Part shown: in pieces, positions 47,575-57,729 of the stretch
Layout: each line of letters begins with the position of its first letter
How positions within the stretch are numbered: the stretch's first letter is position 1
Translations under genes and position numbers: made by a program
Assembly (NCBI GenBank): GCA_025935995.1
Contig: JAICUF010000004.1
Location: 1-57,729 of the forward strand
DNA length: 57,729 bases
Direction of reading: 5' to 3'
Origin: Gemmatimonadales bacterium
GTDB lineage: Bacteria > Gemmatimonadota > Gemmatimonadetes > Gemmatimonadales > GWC2-71-9
The notes under the pieces: generated by a model
The model's database searches: none
Seen by the model: only the letters and a program-made list of their open reading frames with translations
What the model was told of the DNA's origin: nothing

Positions 47575-48395
47575 TCGGTCGCGGCCAGGCTGTACATCGC
47601 GCGCCACGCGCGGAACGCCTCGCGGTAGTCGTCGTGGGTGTACTCGACCGTGCGCCCGTCCACCCGCCGCGCGCCCGGGACGAGGACCGCCATCTCGGCC
47701 ATCCGGGTCCGCGCGAACTCCACCGAAAAGGTGACGGGGCTCGCGACCGTGAACGGCGCGTGGCCGTGCGACAGTGCGCGCTTCACGCCGTCGTGGATCC
47801 GCCGGCGCGCCACGGCGGGCGCGACGCTCCGTGCGGCGTGGCGCCCGAGCGGCTCCTTCACCACGACGGCCTCCACCTGCTCGCCCAGGAGCGCCCTCGT
47901 CTCGGTCGCGAGTGCGCGATCGCCGCTGACGAGCGCCACCGGCACGCCGAAGCTGCCGGCCAGCGCGGCATTGAGGCCGACTTCGCCGAACGGCACGCCG
48001 TTCACGCGTACCTCGTGGACCCGGTCGGTGTAGGTGTGGTCGATGACGGCGTTCGCGGTGCCCGCGCGCGCGTGATAGCCGATGAAGAGCGCGGCATCGA
48101 AGCCGCCGTCGATCCCCTCCACCATGCTGTGCACCCGCGGCCCGCCGCTGATGAGCTCGGCGGCCTCGTGCAGCTCGTCGGCGATGATGTTGCGCATGAG
48201 CCAGTGGCTGTCGCTCACGGTCACCGCGGTGGCGCCGGCGGCGAGCGCGCCCTCGATGGCGGCATTCGCCTCCGCCGTCATGAGCCGGCAGGAGCGGGCG
48301 TACTCGGCGGCGTGACGGGGCTCGGTGGGATCGGTCTGATCCTCGTGCGCCACGCCCGCGATCCCTTCCATGTCGACCGAGATGTACACGCGCAT
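47571..48395 (-). CDS. dppA: M55 family D-aminopeptidase
   Basis: YISVDMEG (SxDxEG), DSH, GYHA, DHTY, GE.G.N, SGD. Confidence 0.9.
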   Translation of the reverse strand: MRVYISVDMEGIAGVAHEDQTDPTEPRHAAEYARSCRLMTAEANAAIEGALAAGATAVTVSDSHWLMRNIIADELHEAAELISGGPRVHSMVEGIDGGFDAALFIGYHARAGTANAVIDHTYTDRVHEVRVNGVPFGEVGLNAALAGSFGVPVALVSGDRALATETRALLGEQVEAVVVKEPLGRHAARSVAPAVARRRIHDGVKRALSHGHAPFTVASPVTFSVEFARTRMAEMAVLVPGARRVDGRTVEYTHDDYREAFRAWRAMYSLAATE

Positions 48396-48463
48396 GCAGT
48401 CTCCGAGTTGCACGGGTCCGGCCACCGTGCGAGCTTGCAGGTCCAACCTGAAGGGGGCCGACG

Positions 48464-48886
48464 ATGCGTCCGCACCGCTCTCTCGCCGCGCTCGCGCTCG
48501 TGGCCGCGTGCACCGGAGCACCGAAGCAGGATGACACGATGGCGCAGGGGCGGCGCTACACCGGCTGGCTCCTGACCGGCCAGCTCGACCAGCTCTACCA
48601 GCGCTTCTCGCCGGAGATGCGGCGAAACTTCCCGAGCGTCGCCGAGCTGTCGTCGTTCGTGACGCGCACGACCAACGATCTTGGCGCCGAGCAGGGCGCG
48701 CCCACGGAGCGCGTCACCGCGCTGGGTGCGACGCGAGTCTACACGCGAACGGCACGATTCGCCCGGGCCGACCGGCCGGTCGAAGTGCAGTGGACCGTTG
48801 ACACGGCCGGGCAGGTCACCGGGCTCCTGGTTCACCCGGTGGCCGAGGACTCCGCCGCCGCCCATCCGGACACCGCGGCGCGCTGA
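48464..48886 (+). CDS. putative lipoprotein, function unknown (DUF3887-like)
   Basis: LALVAA-C lipobox; LY.RFS.EMR, then ARF..VQWT.D..G.V.GL. Confidence 0.7.
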   Translation: MRPHRSLAALALVAACTGAPKQDDTMAQGRRYTGWLLTGQLDQLYQRFSPEMRRNFPSVAELSSFVTRTTNDLGAEQGAPTERVTALGATRVYTRTARFARADRPVEVQWTVDTAGQVTGLLVHPVAEDSAAAHPDTAAR

Positions 48887-48889
48887 GCT

Positions 48890-49216
48890 TCAGTACAGCC
48901 GTCCTCCGAGCGGCACCTCCCGCTCGGGGGCGAGCAGGATCACGGCACCCTCCGCGTCGGGCACTCCCAGCACCAGCACCTCGGATTCGAATCCCGCGAT
49001 CGAGCGCGAGCCCAGGTTCACGGCGGCGACGACGAGCCGTCCCGTGAGATCGGCTGCCGTGTAGCGCTGCACGAGCTGCGCGCTCGAGCGCCGCTCACCG
49101 AGCGGGCCGAAATCGATCCAGAGCTTGTAGGCGGGCTTTCGCGCCTTCTCGTTCGGCTCGGCGCGGACGATGCGGCCGACGCGGACATCGAGCGCGGCGA
49201 ACGCCTCGGGACTCAT
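48890..49216 (-). CDS. csaA: tRNA-binding / chaperone protein CsaA
   Basis: LDVRVGRI, ARKPAYKL.IDFG, SSAQ, AVN...IAGF.SEVLVLG. Confidence 0.9.
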   Translation of the reverse strand: MSPEAFAALDVRVGRIVRAEPNEKARKPAYKLWIDFGPLGERRSSAQLVQRYTAADLTGRLVVAAVNLGSRSIAGFESEVLVLGVPDAEGAVILLAPEREVPLGGRLY

Positions 49217-50013
49217 TCGGCGAGGAGCGTACCGCGAAGGACGGTCACCGCCCGTCCGCCGAGATGGACCCGGTCGCCCGAGAGCCGGACTCGCACCTCG
49301 CCGCCGCGCTCCGACGCCTGATAGCCGGCGAGCTCGTCGCGCCCGAGCCGATCGGCCCAGAAGGGCGCGAGCGAGCAGTGCGCGCTGCCCGTCACCGGGT
49401 CCTCGGGGACCCCCATCGCCGGAGCGAAGAAGCGCGAGACGAAGTCGCGACCGGGCACCGAGCAGCGCGCGGTGACGACCACGCCGCGCGCCGGCAGTGC
49501 CGCGATCCGGCCCAGGTCGGGGCGCAGAGCGCGGACCACGTCGTCCGAGTCCACCTCGACCAGCAGGTAGCCCAGGTCGTTGGTGCCCGCGAACCGGATC
49601 GGCGCACCGAGGATCGAGCTGAGGCCGGCGGGAACGTCCACGGCCCTGACCGGCTTCGACGGCATGTCGAGCCAGATCCATTCGCCCTCCACCCGCGCGC
49701 CGAGCACGCCGCTCCGCGTGTGGAAGCGCGCGGCCGCGCTCGACGGGAGGTGACCGTCCTCCCACAGCAGATGCGCGCTCGCGAGCGTGGCGTGGCCGCA
49801 GAGATCGACCTCGGTCGTCGGTGTGAACCAGCGCAGGTCGAACTCGGTCCCGCGCGGCACCAGGAACGCGGTCTCCGCCAGGTTCATCTCGCGGGCGACC
49901 AGCAGCATCCAGCTCGCGTCGCGCGGCGCGGGCAGGAGCAGCACGGCCGCGGGATTGCCGCCGAATGGCTTGTCGGTGAACGCGTCGATCTGGGAGAATG
50001 GCTGTCCGGCCAT
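49213..50013 (-). CDS. PhzF family isomerase
   Basis: DAFT..FGGNPAAV, NLAETAF, RWFTP..EVDLCGHAT, EDPVTGSA, QASERGG. Confidence 0.92.
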   Translation of the reverse strand: MAGQPFSQIDAFTDKPFGGNPAAVLLLPAPRDASWMLLVAREMNLAETAFLVPRGTEFDLRWFTPTTEVDLCGHATLASAHLLWEDGHLPSSAAARFHTRSGVLGARVEGEWIWLDMPSKPVRAVDVPAGLSSILGAPIRFAGTNDLGYLLVEVDSDDVVRALRPDLGRIAALPARGVVVTARCSVPGRDFVSRFFAPAMGVPEDPVTGSAHCSLAPFWADRLGRDELAGYQASERGGEVRVRLSGDRVHLGGRAVTVLRGTLLAE

Positions 50014-50038
50014 GGTGCCGGAAGATAGCCTGAACCGG

Positions 50039-50323
50039 CTACCAGTGAATGATGGTGACCCTGCGGGCGGCGTGCGTATCGGTGGCGCGCGGAGGCCGGT
50101 CGAGCACGATCGTCATGCCCGGCAGATCCCGGCGCGCCTGGCCGTGACTGGCACGGCGGCCGGTCGGACGCAGCTGACGCGCCGCATCGATCGTGCGGGT
50201 ACTGAGGCTGAAGTCGATGACCTGCACGGTGGCCTGAATCGAGCCACTGCCCTGCGCGTGGACGGTCCCGCCGGCAAGGGCCGGGACGGAGATCAGCAGT
50301 CCGGCGGCAACGAACGTTCGCAT
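50039..50323 (-). CDS. small secreted protein, function unknown (94 aa)
   Basis: GGAGGG SD; signal peptide ending VHA-Q. Confidence 0.55.
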   Translation of the reverse strand: MRTFVAAGLLISVPALAGGTVHAQGSGSIQATVQVIDFSLSTRTIDAARQLRPTGRRASHGQARRDLPGMTIVLDRPPRATDTHAARRVTIIHW

Positions 50324-50404
50324 GGTGTCCCTCCGGGTTGCGTGCACGGTGCACCCCGGGGGATGAAAGGAGGATGAAGGAGACCGGAAGAGTCCCAAAC
50401 ACGA

Positions 50405-50440
50405 CCGCCCAGAGGCCGGTGACGCGTGGCCTCTGGGCGG
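50405..50440 (-). terminator. hairpin/terminator downstream of csbD
   Basis: 13-bp perfect stem CCGCCCAGAGGCC/GGCCTCTGGGCGG, 10-nt loop, TCGTGTTT tail on the minus strand. Confidence 0.65.
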
Positions 50441-50459
50441 CCGGCACGGTGGACCGGGG

Positions 50460-50690
50460 TCAGGCATCCTGGTCCGTGTCGTCGTCTACCGCGTCGTTCA
50501 GCTTCTGCTGTGCCTTGCCCACACCCTGCTGAACCTTGCCCTTCGCCTGCTGGCCCAGCCCCTTGATATGCTGGCTCCCGTTGTCCGTGGCATCGCCGAC
50601 GGCGGCCCGTGCCTTGCCCTCGAGCTCCTTCGCGGCGCCCGCGACACGGTTCCTGGTGCCTTCGGCCTTGAGATCCTTGCGGTCGGTCAT
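50460..50690 (-). CDS. csbD: CsbD family general stress protein
   Basis: GGGAG SD; G..KE..GK....VGDATDN....KG..QQ.KGKVQ..VGK. Confidence 0.85.
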   Translation of the reverse strand: MTDRKDLKAEGTRNRVAGAAKELEGKARAAVGDATDNGSQHIKGLGQQAKGKVQQGVGKAQQKLNDAVDDDTDQDA

Positions 50691-50774
50691 GGATCACTCC
50701 CGTTTCGGTTGACTCGCGGCAGTGCGCGAGTGGCTCAAGATGGGAGGATCGCCGGGGAGGGGCGGTGAGTGGGG

Positions 50775-51779
50775 TCACGGAGCCGCCTCGATCGCCTCCA
50801 CGGCCGAGACTTCGGCGTAGTGGCAGGCGGCCAGGGTTCCCGTGATGGGCCGGAGGGGCGGGACTTCGGTGCGACAGCGCTCGTTCCGAAGCGGATGGAA
50901 GCAGCGGGTGTGGAACGGGCAGCCCGGCGGCGGATTCGAGGGACTTGGTAGGTCGCCGTGCAGGACGATGCGGCGCCGCTGGGCACCGGGGTCGGGCTCC
51001 GGCACGGCCGAGAGGAGCGCCTGGGTGTAGGGGTGCCGGGGGTCGGCCAGCAGGGCCTCGGTCGGCCCGGTCTCGACGATGCGGCCCAGGTACATCACGG
51101 CGATCCGCTGCGCGATCTGCCGCACGACGGCGAGGTCGTGGGCGATGAACAGGTACGACAGGCCGCGCTGGCGCTGCAGATCGGCGAGCAGGTTGAGCAC
51201 CTGGGCCTGCACCGAGACGTCGAGCGCGGACACCGGCTCGTCGCACACGATGAAGACGGGCTCGACCGCGAGTGCGCGCGCGATCCCGATGCGCTGGCGC
51301 TGGCCGCCGGAGAACTCGTGGGGATAGCGTCGGGCGTAGCTCGGGTCGAGCCCCACCTCCTCGAGCAGCGCCGCGACCCGCCGCTCGAGCTCGGCGCCCG
51401 ACGCCAGGCGATGGATCTGCATCCCCTCCGCCACCGCCGCGCCCACCGTCATCCGCGGGTTGAGCGAGCCGTACGGATCCTGGAAGATGATCTGCATGCG
51501 CCGCCGGAGCGCGCGGAGCGGCTCACGGCCCAGGCGGAAGACGTCCTGGCCCTCGAAGACCGCCTCGCCCGACGTGGGTTCCTGCAGGCGGAGGATCGTC
51601 CGGCCCACCGAGCTCTTGCCGCAGCCCGACTCGCCCACGAGCGCGAGCGTCTCACCGCGGCCGATCTCGAAGGAGACGCCGTCCACCGCCCGCACCGGCG
51701 GCTTCCGTGCCGCGAGGAGGCCGCCGGCGTGGTAGTACTTCACCAAATCGCGAACCTGGAGCAGCGGCTCCGCGGTCAC
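50775..51779 (-). CDS. oppF: peptide ABC transporter ATP-binding protein (OppF/AppF-like)
   Basis: [36 protein letters not shown]. Confidence 0.9.
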   Translation of the reverse strand: MTAEPLLQVRDLVKYYHAGGLLAARKPPVRAVDGVSFEIGRGETLALVGESGCGKSSVGRTILRLQEPTSGEAVFEGQDVFRLGREPLRALRRRMQIIFQDPYGSLNPRMTVGAAVAEGMQIHRLASGAELERRVAALLEEVGLDPSYARRYPHEFSGGQRQRIGIARALAVEPVFIVCDEPVSALDVSVQAQVLNLLADLQRQRGLSYLFIAHDLAVVRQIAQRIAVMYLGRIVETGPTEALLADPRHPYTQALLSAVPEPDPGAQRRRIVLHGDLPSPSNPPPGCPFHTRCFHPLRNERCRTEVPPLRPITGTLAACHYAEVSAVEAIEAAP

Positions 51780-52747
51780 GTCTCGCCCTCGGCGAGCCAG
51801 CAGCGCATGCGGTGGTCGGGGCCGACGTCGAGGAGCGGCGGCATCGTCTCGCTTCGCGGATGCACGATGGGACACCGCGGCCGGAAACGGCAGCCGGCGG
51901 GCCACGCGGTCGGCGGGGGGACGGTGCCCCGGATGGGCGTGAGTCGCGAGAGCGGCCCCTCGAGCCGCGGCACCGAAGCGAAGAGCCCCTGCGTGTAGGG
52001 ATGCGAGGGCCGCTCGAAGAGCTCGGCCGTCGGTGCCTCCTCGACGATCTGCCCGGCGTACATCACCGCTACGCGGTCGGCGCGGCCGGCGACGATCCCG
52101 AGGTCGTGCGTGATGAGGAGCACCGCCATGCCGCGCGATTCGCGGAGCCCGTCGAGCACCTCGAGGATCTGCGCCTGCACCGTCACGTCGAGCGCCGTCG
52201 TGGGCTCGTCGGCGATCAGGATCTCGGGCTCCGCGGCGAGGGCGATCGCGATCATCACGCGCTGGCGCATCCCGCCGCTCAGCTGATGCGGATACGCGGT
52301 CAGCCGGGCCTTCGCGTCGCCGATGCCCACTTCGCCGACCAGCCGCTCGGCGCGCGCCATCGCCTCGCGGCGCGGGACGTCGAAATGCGCCAGGATCCCC
52401 TCGGCGATCTGGTCGCCGACGGTGAAGACGGGATTGAGGCTCGTCATCGGATCCTGGAAAATCATCCCGATGCGCCGTCCCCGCACCTCGCGCAGCGCCT
52501 CACCGCGGAGCGCGAGCAGGTCGGTGTCGCCCAGGCGGATGCGGCTCGACGGGTCGATGACGCCGGGCGCCGGCACGAGCTGGAGGACGGCGAGACTGGT
52601 GAGGCTCTTCCCGCAGCCCGACTCGCCCACCAGAGCGAGCGTACGCCCGCGCTCGAGGGCGAAGCTCACGCCGTCCACCGGCGTGATGCGCCCGCCGCCG
52701 GTGGGGAAGGAGATCCTGAGATCGCGCACCTCGAGCAGTGGCGTCAT
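51776..52747 (-). CDS. oppD: peptide ABC transporter ATP-binding protein (OppD/AppD-like)
   Basis: [41 protein letters not shown]. Confidence 0.9.
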   Translation of the reverse strand: MTPLLEVRDLRISFPTGGGRITPVDGVSFALERGRTLALVGESGCGKSLTSLAVLQLVPAPGVIDPSSRIRLGDTDLLALRGEALREVRGRRIGMIFQDPMTSLNPVFTVGDQIAEGILAHFDVPRREAMARAERLVGEVGIGDAKARLTAYPHQLSGGMRQRVMIAIALAAEPEILIADEPTTALDVTVQAQILEVLDGLRESRGMAVLLITHDLGIVAGRADRVAVMYAGQIVEEAPTAELFERPSHPYTQGLFASVPRLEGPLSRLTPIRGTVPPPTAWPAGCRFRPRCPIVHPRSETMPPLLDVGPDHRMRCWLAEGET

Positions 52748-53583
52748 GCGCTCCGGGGGTCGGCGGCGTCGCGCAGCGCGTCGCCGATGAGGTTCGCCGC
52801 GAGGACGGTGAGGGTGATGGCCAGCGCAGGGAAGACACTCGCCCACGGCGCGGTGACCAGCACCTCCCGGGCGTCGAAGATCATGCCGCCCCACGACGGC
52901 GTCGGCGGCTGGATCCCGAGTCCCAGAAACGAAAGACCGGCTTCGAGCAGGATCACGTCGCCCACGCCGAGCGTCGCCGCGACGAGCAGCGGGCCGATCG
53001 CGTTCGGCAGCAGGTGGCGAAACATAATCCGCCCGCCGCCGCCGCCGAGGGCGCGTGCGGCCGCGACGTACTCGCTCTCCCGGAGCCGGAGCACCTCGCC
53101 GCGCACGAGCCGGCTGGTGCCGAACCAGCCCGTCGCTCCCACGGCCACGATGAAGACGACGAGCGGGATCCGCTCCCAGAGCGCCAGGAGCAGCAGGAGG
53201 AGGAAGAGCCGCGGGATGGCGAGGGCCGCATCCACCAGTCGCATCGCCACCGCGTCGACCGCGCCGCCCTTGTAGCCCGCGAAGAGTCCCACCAGCGCGC
53301 CGACGCCGATCGACATCGCGACCGCGATCGCCGCCACCGAGAGCGAGACCCGCGCACCGCCGGCGACGCGCGCCAGCACATCCCGGCTCAGCTGATCGGT
53401 GCCCATCGGATGCGCGAGACTCGGAGGCCGGCCTCCGTGCTCGATGTCGGGCTGCGCGATCGGGCTCGGCAGCACGAACGGGCCGGCAACGGCTCCCGTG
53501 ATCATTGCGGCGAGCACGACGACGCCGATCCGCCCGGACATACGTCGCCAGACCGCACGGAGCAGCGCGCCGGCGGGGCTCAT
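52744..53583 (-). CDS. oppC: peptide ABC transporter permease (OppC-like)
   Basis: HPMGTD..RD, EYVAAARALG EAA loop, LSFLGLG.QPP.PSWG. Confidence 0.9.
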   Translation of the reverse strand: MSPAGALLRAVWRRMSGRIGVVVLAAMITGAVAGPFVLPSPIAQPDIEHGGRPPSLAHPMGTDQLSRDVLARVAGGARVSLSVAAIAVAMSIGVGALVGLFAGYKGGAVDAVAMRLVDAALAIPRLFLLLLLLALWERIPLVVFIVAVGATGWFGTSRLVRGEVLRLRESEYVAAARALGGGGGRIMFRHLLPNAIGPLLVAATLGVGDVILLEAGLSFLGLGIQPPTPSWGGMIFDAREVLVTAPWASVFPALAITLTVLAANLIGDALRDAADPRSA

Positions 53584-54551
53584 GCGTGCCGCACGCGGGG
53601 ATCGAGGAGGGCGTAGAGCAGATCGGCGATGAGCCCGCCCGCGACGACCAGCGCGCTCGCGAGGAGCGCCGTTCCCATGAGCAGCGGATAGTCGCGCCCA
53701 CCGACGGCGCCGGCGGCCAGGCTTCCGAGCCCGGGCCAGGCGAAGACCTGCTCGACGAAGACCGAGCCGGTGACGAGAATCGGAAGCCACAGCCCGAACA
53801 GCGTGATCACCGGAAAGAGCGCGTTCCGCCAGGCGTGATGCCACACGACGCGCCGCTCCGCGATGCCCTTGGCGCGCGCGGTCTGCACGAAGGGCAGGGC
53901 GAGGGCCTCGAGCATCGCGGTGCGCTGGTAGCGCATGGTCGCCGCGATGCTCACGAGCGAGAGCGTGAGGGCCGGCAGGACGAGATGCCGGAGGACATCG
54001 ATCGTCACCGGGACCATCCCGGCGTCGGGACCGAGCAGCACGTCATGCATTCCGCCCGAGGGAAGGATCCGCCACCGCGTGGCCGCGAGCCAGGCGAGCA
54101 GCAGGCCGAGCCAGAAGGACGGAACCGAGTATCCTGCGAGCGACGCGATCTCGAGCCAGCGGTCGGTCGCTCCGCCGCGCCGGACCGCCTGGCGCACGCC
54201 GAGCCAGAGCCCCAGCGTGAAGTTGAGGAGCAGGACGGTGCCGCCGAGAAGCAGCGTCGCCGGCAGGCGCTCGGCGATGAGGCGCGTGACGGGGCGGCCG
54301 AATTCGATCGAGACGCCGAGGTCGCCGCGAGCGGTGCCGCTCAGGAACGCCGCGTACTGCCGGCCGAGCGGCTGGTCGAGCCCGTAGCGTTCGCGGAGCC
54401 GCGCGATCTCGCGCGGGGAGATGGGGCGGTCATCGCTGAGGCGGGAGAGCGGATCGCCGGGGACGATCCGCATGAGGAAGAAGAGGAGCGTCGCCGCGAC
54501 GGCGAGGGTGACGATCGCATGCGCCACCCTGGCGGCGAGCCAGCGCCCCAT
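53580..54551 (-). CDS. oppB: peptide ABC transporter permease (OppB-like)
   Basis: PGDP, GLDQP, GDLGVS, FVQTARAKG, EQVFAWPGLG, DPRVR. Confidence 0.9.
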   Translation of the reverse strand: MGRWLAARVAHAIVTLAVAATLLFFLMRIVPGDPLSRLSDDRPISPREIARLRERYGLDQPLGRQYAAFLSGTARGDLGVSIEFGRPVTRLIAERLPATLLLGGTVLLLNFTLGLWLGVRQAVRRGGATDRWLEIASLAGYSVPSFWLGLLLAWLAATRWRILPSGGMHDVLLGPDAGMVPVTIDVLRHLVLPALTLSLVSIAATMRYQRTAMLEALALPFVQTARAKGIAERRVVWHHAWRNALFPVITLFGLWLPILVTGSVFVEQVFAWPGLGSLAAGAVGGRDYPLLMGTALLASALVVAGGLIADLLYALLDPRVRHA

Positions 54552-54555
54552 CGGC

Positions 54556-56193
54556 TCAGCGGCCGGCGGAATCGGGCCGGGCGGCGTCGGCCGCGGCGGT
54601 CCAGCGCCAGACGCGGCTCCACGGCGCGTCGGGCCGGATGTCCACGTCGTGCAGCCGCGTGCTCACGCCGTAGACCGTGACGGGCGAGTACATGAACACG
54701 GCCGGCGCGTCGGCTTCGATCCGCTCGATTCCGGTTCGCCAGAGGCTGTCGGCCGGAACGACCGAGGTGATCGCGCGCGTGAGCGTCGAATCCACCGCGG
54801 GATCGCAGTAGCGGGCGACGTTCGACCCGCCGCGGCACGACCAGCTCTGCGTGAGCCCGGCCGGCGTCGGATCCTGCGTCGCGCCGGAGAAATCGATGTC
54901 GAACCGCCCGGCGTTCCGGCGCTCGCCGTGGACCGGCCCCTCGAGGAGGAGCAGGTCCGCCTGGATGCCGGCCTGCCGCAGCTGCTCCTGCACCAGCGCG
55001 GCCATCGCCTTCCGGGCGGCACTCGGCGCGGGAACGTTGATCGACAGCCTGAGCGGCTTCCCGTGCCGGTCGAGGATGCCGTCGCCGTCGGCGTCGCTCC
55101 AGCCGGCGGCGGCGAGGAGGCGGCGCGCCTGGTCGAGGTCGCGCGGCGCGGGGGCCGGCGTGAGGCGGGACACCCAGAGGAGCGACGACACGGGCCCGTA
55201 CGGCACCACGCCGTAGGGGCCGAGCACCGCGCGGACGATCGACGGTCGATCGAGGGCGAGGCCGATCGCGCGGCGGACGCGCACGTCGGACAGGATCGGA
55301 TGCGGCCGCGCAGTATCGGCGGGATTCCGGGTGTTGAAGAGCAGGTAACCGATCGAGGTCGACGGCACGCCGACCAGCCGGAGCCGGCCGGTGGAGGTGA
55401 CGCGATCGCCGTTGGCGAGCGGCGGCACGACGGAGGTCAGCACATCGGCCTCGCCGCTCAGGAGCATGTTGAGTCGCGCGTCGGCGTCGCCGGCGGCCCG
55501 GATGATCACGCGGTCGATGTGGGGACGGCCGAGGAAGAAATCGTCGTTGGCGGCGAGCTCGATCATGCTGGTGCCGTCGGAGCGCACCCAGCGATACGGC
55601 CCGTCGCCTACCGGATGCTGGACGAACGAGGCGCGCGCCAGGCTGTCGCGGCCGACGGCTGCCAGGAGGTGCGCCGGCAGCGGCTGCACCTGAAAGACCG
55701 CGTCATAGAACTGTTCGGCATACGGCTGCCGGTAGTGCACCACCACGCGCGAGTCGCCCTCGGCGTACACCGAGTCGATGCGGGCGAGGAGTCCCGCGAG
55801 GGTGGGGGAGACGGCGCTGTCCCGCGCGAGCGCGAAGGTGAAGACGACGTCGCGCGCGGTGACCGGCTGCCCGTCGTGCCAGCGCGCGCGGCGATCGAGG
55901 TCGAACGCGAGGGTGACGGAATCACGCCGGGTCCAGCCGCTGGCGAGCGAGGGCTCGAAGCCGCTCTCGCCGGAGGTGGCGCCGCCCGGCTTGAGGTCGG
56001 CCAGTCTCAGGAAGAGGAGGTCGGCGACGTCATTGTCCGCGACGCGGTTCCGCGTCGCCTTGAGGACCGGCACCGGCACCTGCGACTGCTCGCCCACGGC
56101 AAGGACGACGCTGCTCGGGCCGGCCGGGCGCTCGGGGGTGCATGCCGGGACCAGGACAACGATCAGACAGGCGAGAAGGTGCGTCCGCCGCAT
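54556..56193 (-). CDS. peptide ABC transporter substrate-binding lipoprotein (SBP family 5)
   Basis: VPA-C lipobox; PSLA..W, WHDG.PVTA.DV.FT, PVGDGPY, VRRAI..A.DR, DADGDGIL. Confidence 0.88.
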   Translation of the reverse strand: MRRTHLLACLIVVLVPACTPERPAGPSSVVLAVGEQSQVPVPVLKATRNRVADNDVADLLFLRLADLKPGGATSGESGFEPSLASGWTRRDSVTLAFDLDRRARWHDGQPVTARDVVFTFALARDSAVSPTLAGLLARIDSVYAEGDSRVVVHYRQPYAEQFYDAVFQVQPLPAHLLAAVGRDSLARASFVQHPVGDGPYRWVRSDGTSMIELAANDDFFLGRPHIDRVIIRAAGDADARLNMLLSGEADVLTSVVPPLANGDRVTSTGRLRLVGVPSTSIGYLLFNTRNPADTARPHPILSDVRVRRAIGLALDRPSIVRAVLGPYGVVPYGPVSSLLWVSRLTPAPAPRDLDQARRLLAAAGWSDADGDGILDRHGKPLRLSINVPAPSAARKAMAALVQEQLRQAGIQADLLLLEGPVHGERRNAGRFDIDFSGATQDPTPAGLTQSWSCRGGSNVARYCDPAVDSTLTRAITSVVPADSLWRTGIERIEADAPAVFMYSPVTVYGVSTRLHDVDIRPDAPWSRVWRWTAAADAARPDSAGR

Positions 56194-56231
56194 CGGCGCT
56201 CCTGACGCTGGGGCTGTGAAGGGAACTCGTC

Positions 56232-56260
56232 AATGTAGCGATCAGCGGCGCCAGGTCCAA
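56232..56260 (-). promoter_or_regulatory. putative sigma70 promoter of the ABC operon
   Basis: Minus strand TTGGAC-N17-TACATT; the -35 lies inside the lipoate ligase 3' end. Confidence 0.5.
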
Positions 56261-57015
56261 TCGTCGGACGCGAACCGCTCGAGGTGGCGATCGGCACGCG
56301 CGAGCACCCCGGCGGGGTCGCCGAGCGGCGACCAGTCACCGATCCAGTCGCGCGCTGCCGCGGCGGCGATTGCCGCTCCCACATCAGCGAATGCGACCGC
56401 GTGATCGAGCACGCGATTGAGGGGAATTTCGCCGCCCGCCGGCGCGGTGCCGAGCGTGAGCGCAGCGAGTCGCGACTGATCGTCGTCCAGGAGCACCGAG
56501 CCGTGCTGCAGCATGGCGCCGGCGTGCCGCACCTGCGCGCTCCCGACGACCTTCCGCCCGCCCACCAGCACCTCGCCGCCCGCCGGACTCGCGAAGCACG
56601 CTCCCGCGTCGAGCGCCGCCGCGCCGCGTTCGGCGGCGAGCGAGGCATCGGCGCCCAGCTCGCGCAGAGCGCGGGCCAGGGTCCGGTGGATCGCGGCGTA
56701 CGCCGTGGCGAGTGAGCCGAACCGATCCGCGGGCGCGGCCACGGCGTACGTCAGCTCGCGGGCATGCCAGACGGCGCGGCCGCCGGTGGGCCGCCGGACG
56801 ACCGGCACGCCCTCGCGCGCGATGGCCGCGCGGTCGTAGCGGCGCGCCGCGGGCTCGTTCCGCCCGAAGGACAGGGTGTGGGGGTCCCAGCGGTAGGTCC
56901 GGAGAACGGCCAGACCCTCCTCGCCGGCGAGCTCGAGGAGGGCCTGGTCGATCGCCATGTTGGCGGAGCCGGTCCGGGCCTGATCGTCAGGCCACCAGCG
57001 CCACTCCACCGCCAA
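56242..57015 (-). CDS. lipoate-protein ligase family, catalytic domain only (LipM/LipL-like)
   Basis: NMAID, LRTYRW, VRRPTGGRAVWH, ACF, KVVGSAQ, LQHGS; adjacent to gcvP. Confidence 0.85.
   Translation of the reverse strand: MAVEWRWWPDDQARTGSANMAIDQALLELAGEEGLAVLRTYRWDPHTLSFGRNEPAARRYDRAAIAREGVPVVRRPTGGRAVWHARELTYAVAAPADRFGSLATAYAAIHRTLARALRELGADASLAAERGAAALDAGACFASPAGGEVLVGGRKVVGSAQVRHAGAMLQHGSVLLDDDQSRLAALTLGTAPAGGEIPLNRVLDHAVAFADVGAAIAAAAARDWIGDWSPLGDPAGVLARADRHLERFASDDWTWRR

Positions 57016-57729
<714 letters not shown>

Noticed and set aside
50742-50774. Second G-tract cluster upstream of csbD
   Set aside because: Two loops are 8-9 nt long; unremarkable at this GC content.

Overview
Gene-dense, very GC-rich bacterial chromosomal window of about 54 CDSs. 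I could not recognise any rRNA, tRNA, CRISPR array or mobile element. Gene content and style suggest Gemmatimonadota, but this is inference only. Left to right: a hybrid histidine kinase coupled to a GT2; a POT transporter; cydAB divergent from a TsdA-like diheme cytochrome c; the complete four-gene ligase-associated DNA damage response cluster; a cytoplasmic glycan module (GT4, fungal-type UDP-galactopyranose mutase-like flavoprotein, two GH1-like and one GH2 hydrolase) divergent from a general-stress operon; a TonB-dependent receptor with two tandem paralogous TolB-like lipoproteins; an MBL-rhodanese fusion; mscL; a five-gene wHTH/uppS/DUF4153 unit with two copies of a palindromic operator; an ECF sigma-Ser/Thr kinase pair; a second related TonB receptor; dppA, csaA, phzF, csbD; an Opp-type ABC operon; a lipoate ligase-family gene; and the 3' end of gcvP. 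Best candidates for an undescribed system: (1) the possible galactofuranose glycoside synthesis/turnover module tied to stress genes, (2) the wHTH-uppS regulon whose operator lies partly inside the uppS start, (3) the TonB receptor plus twin beta-propeller lipoproteins. Many starts were re-assigned from the ORF track using SD sites and stop/start overlaps. Family calls come from recalled motifs; no database search was run.
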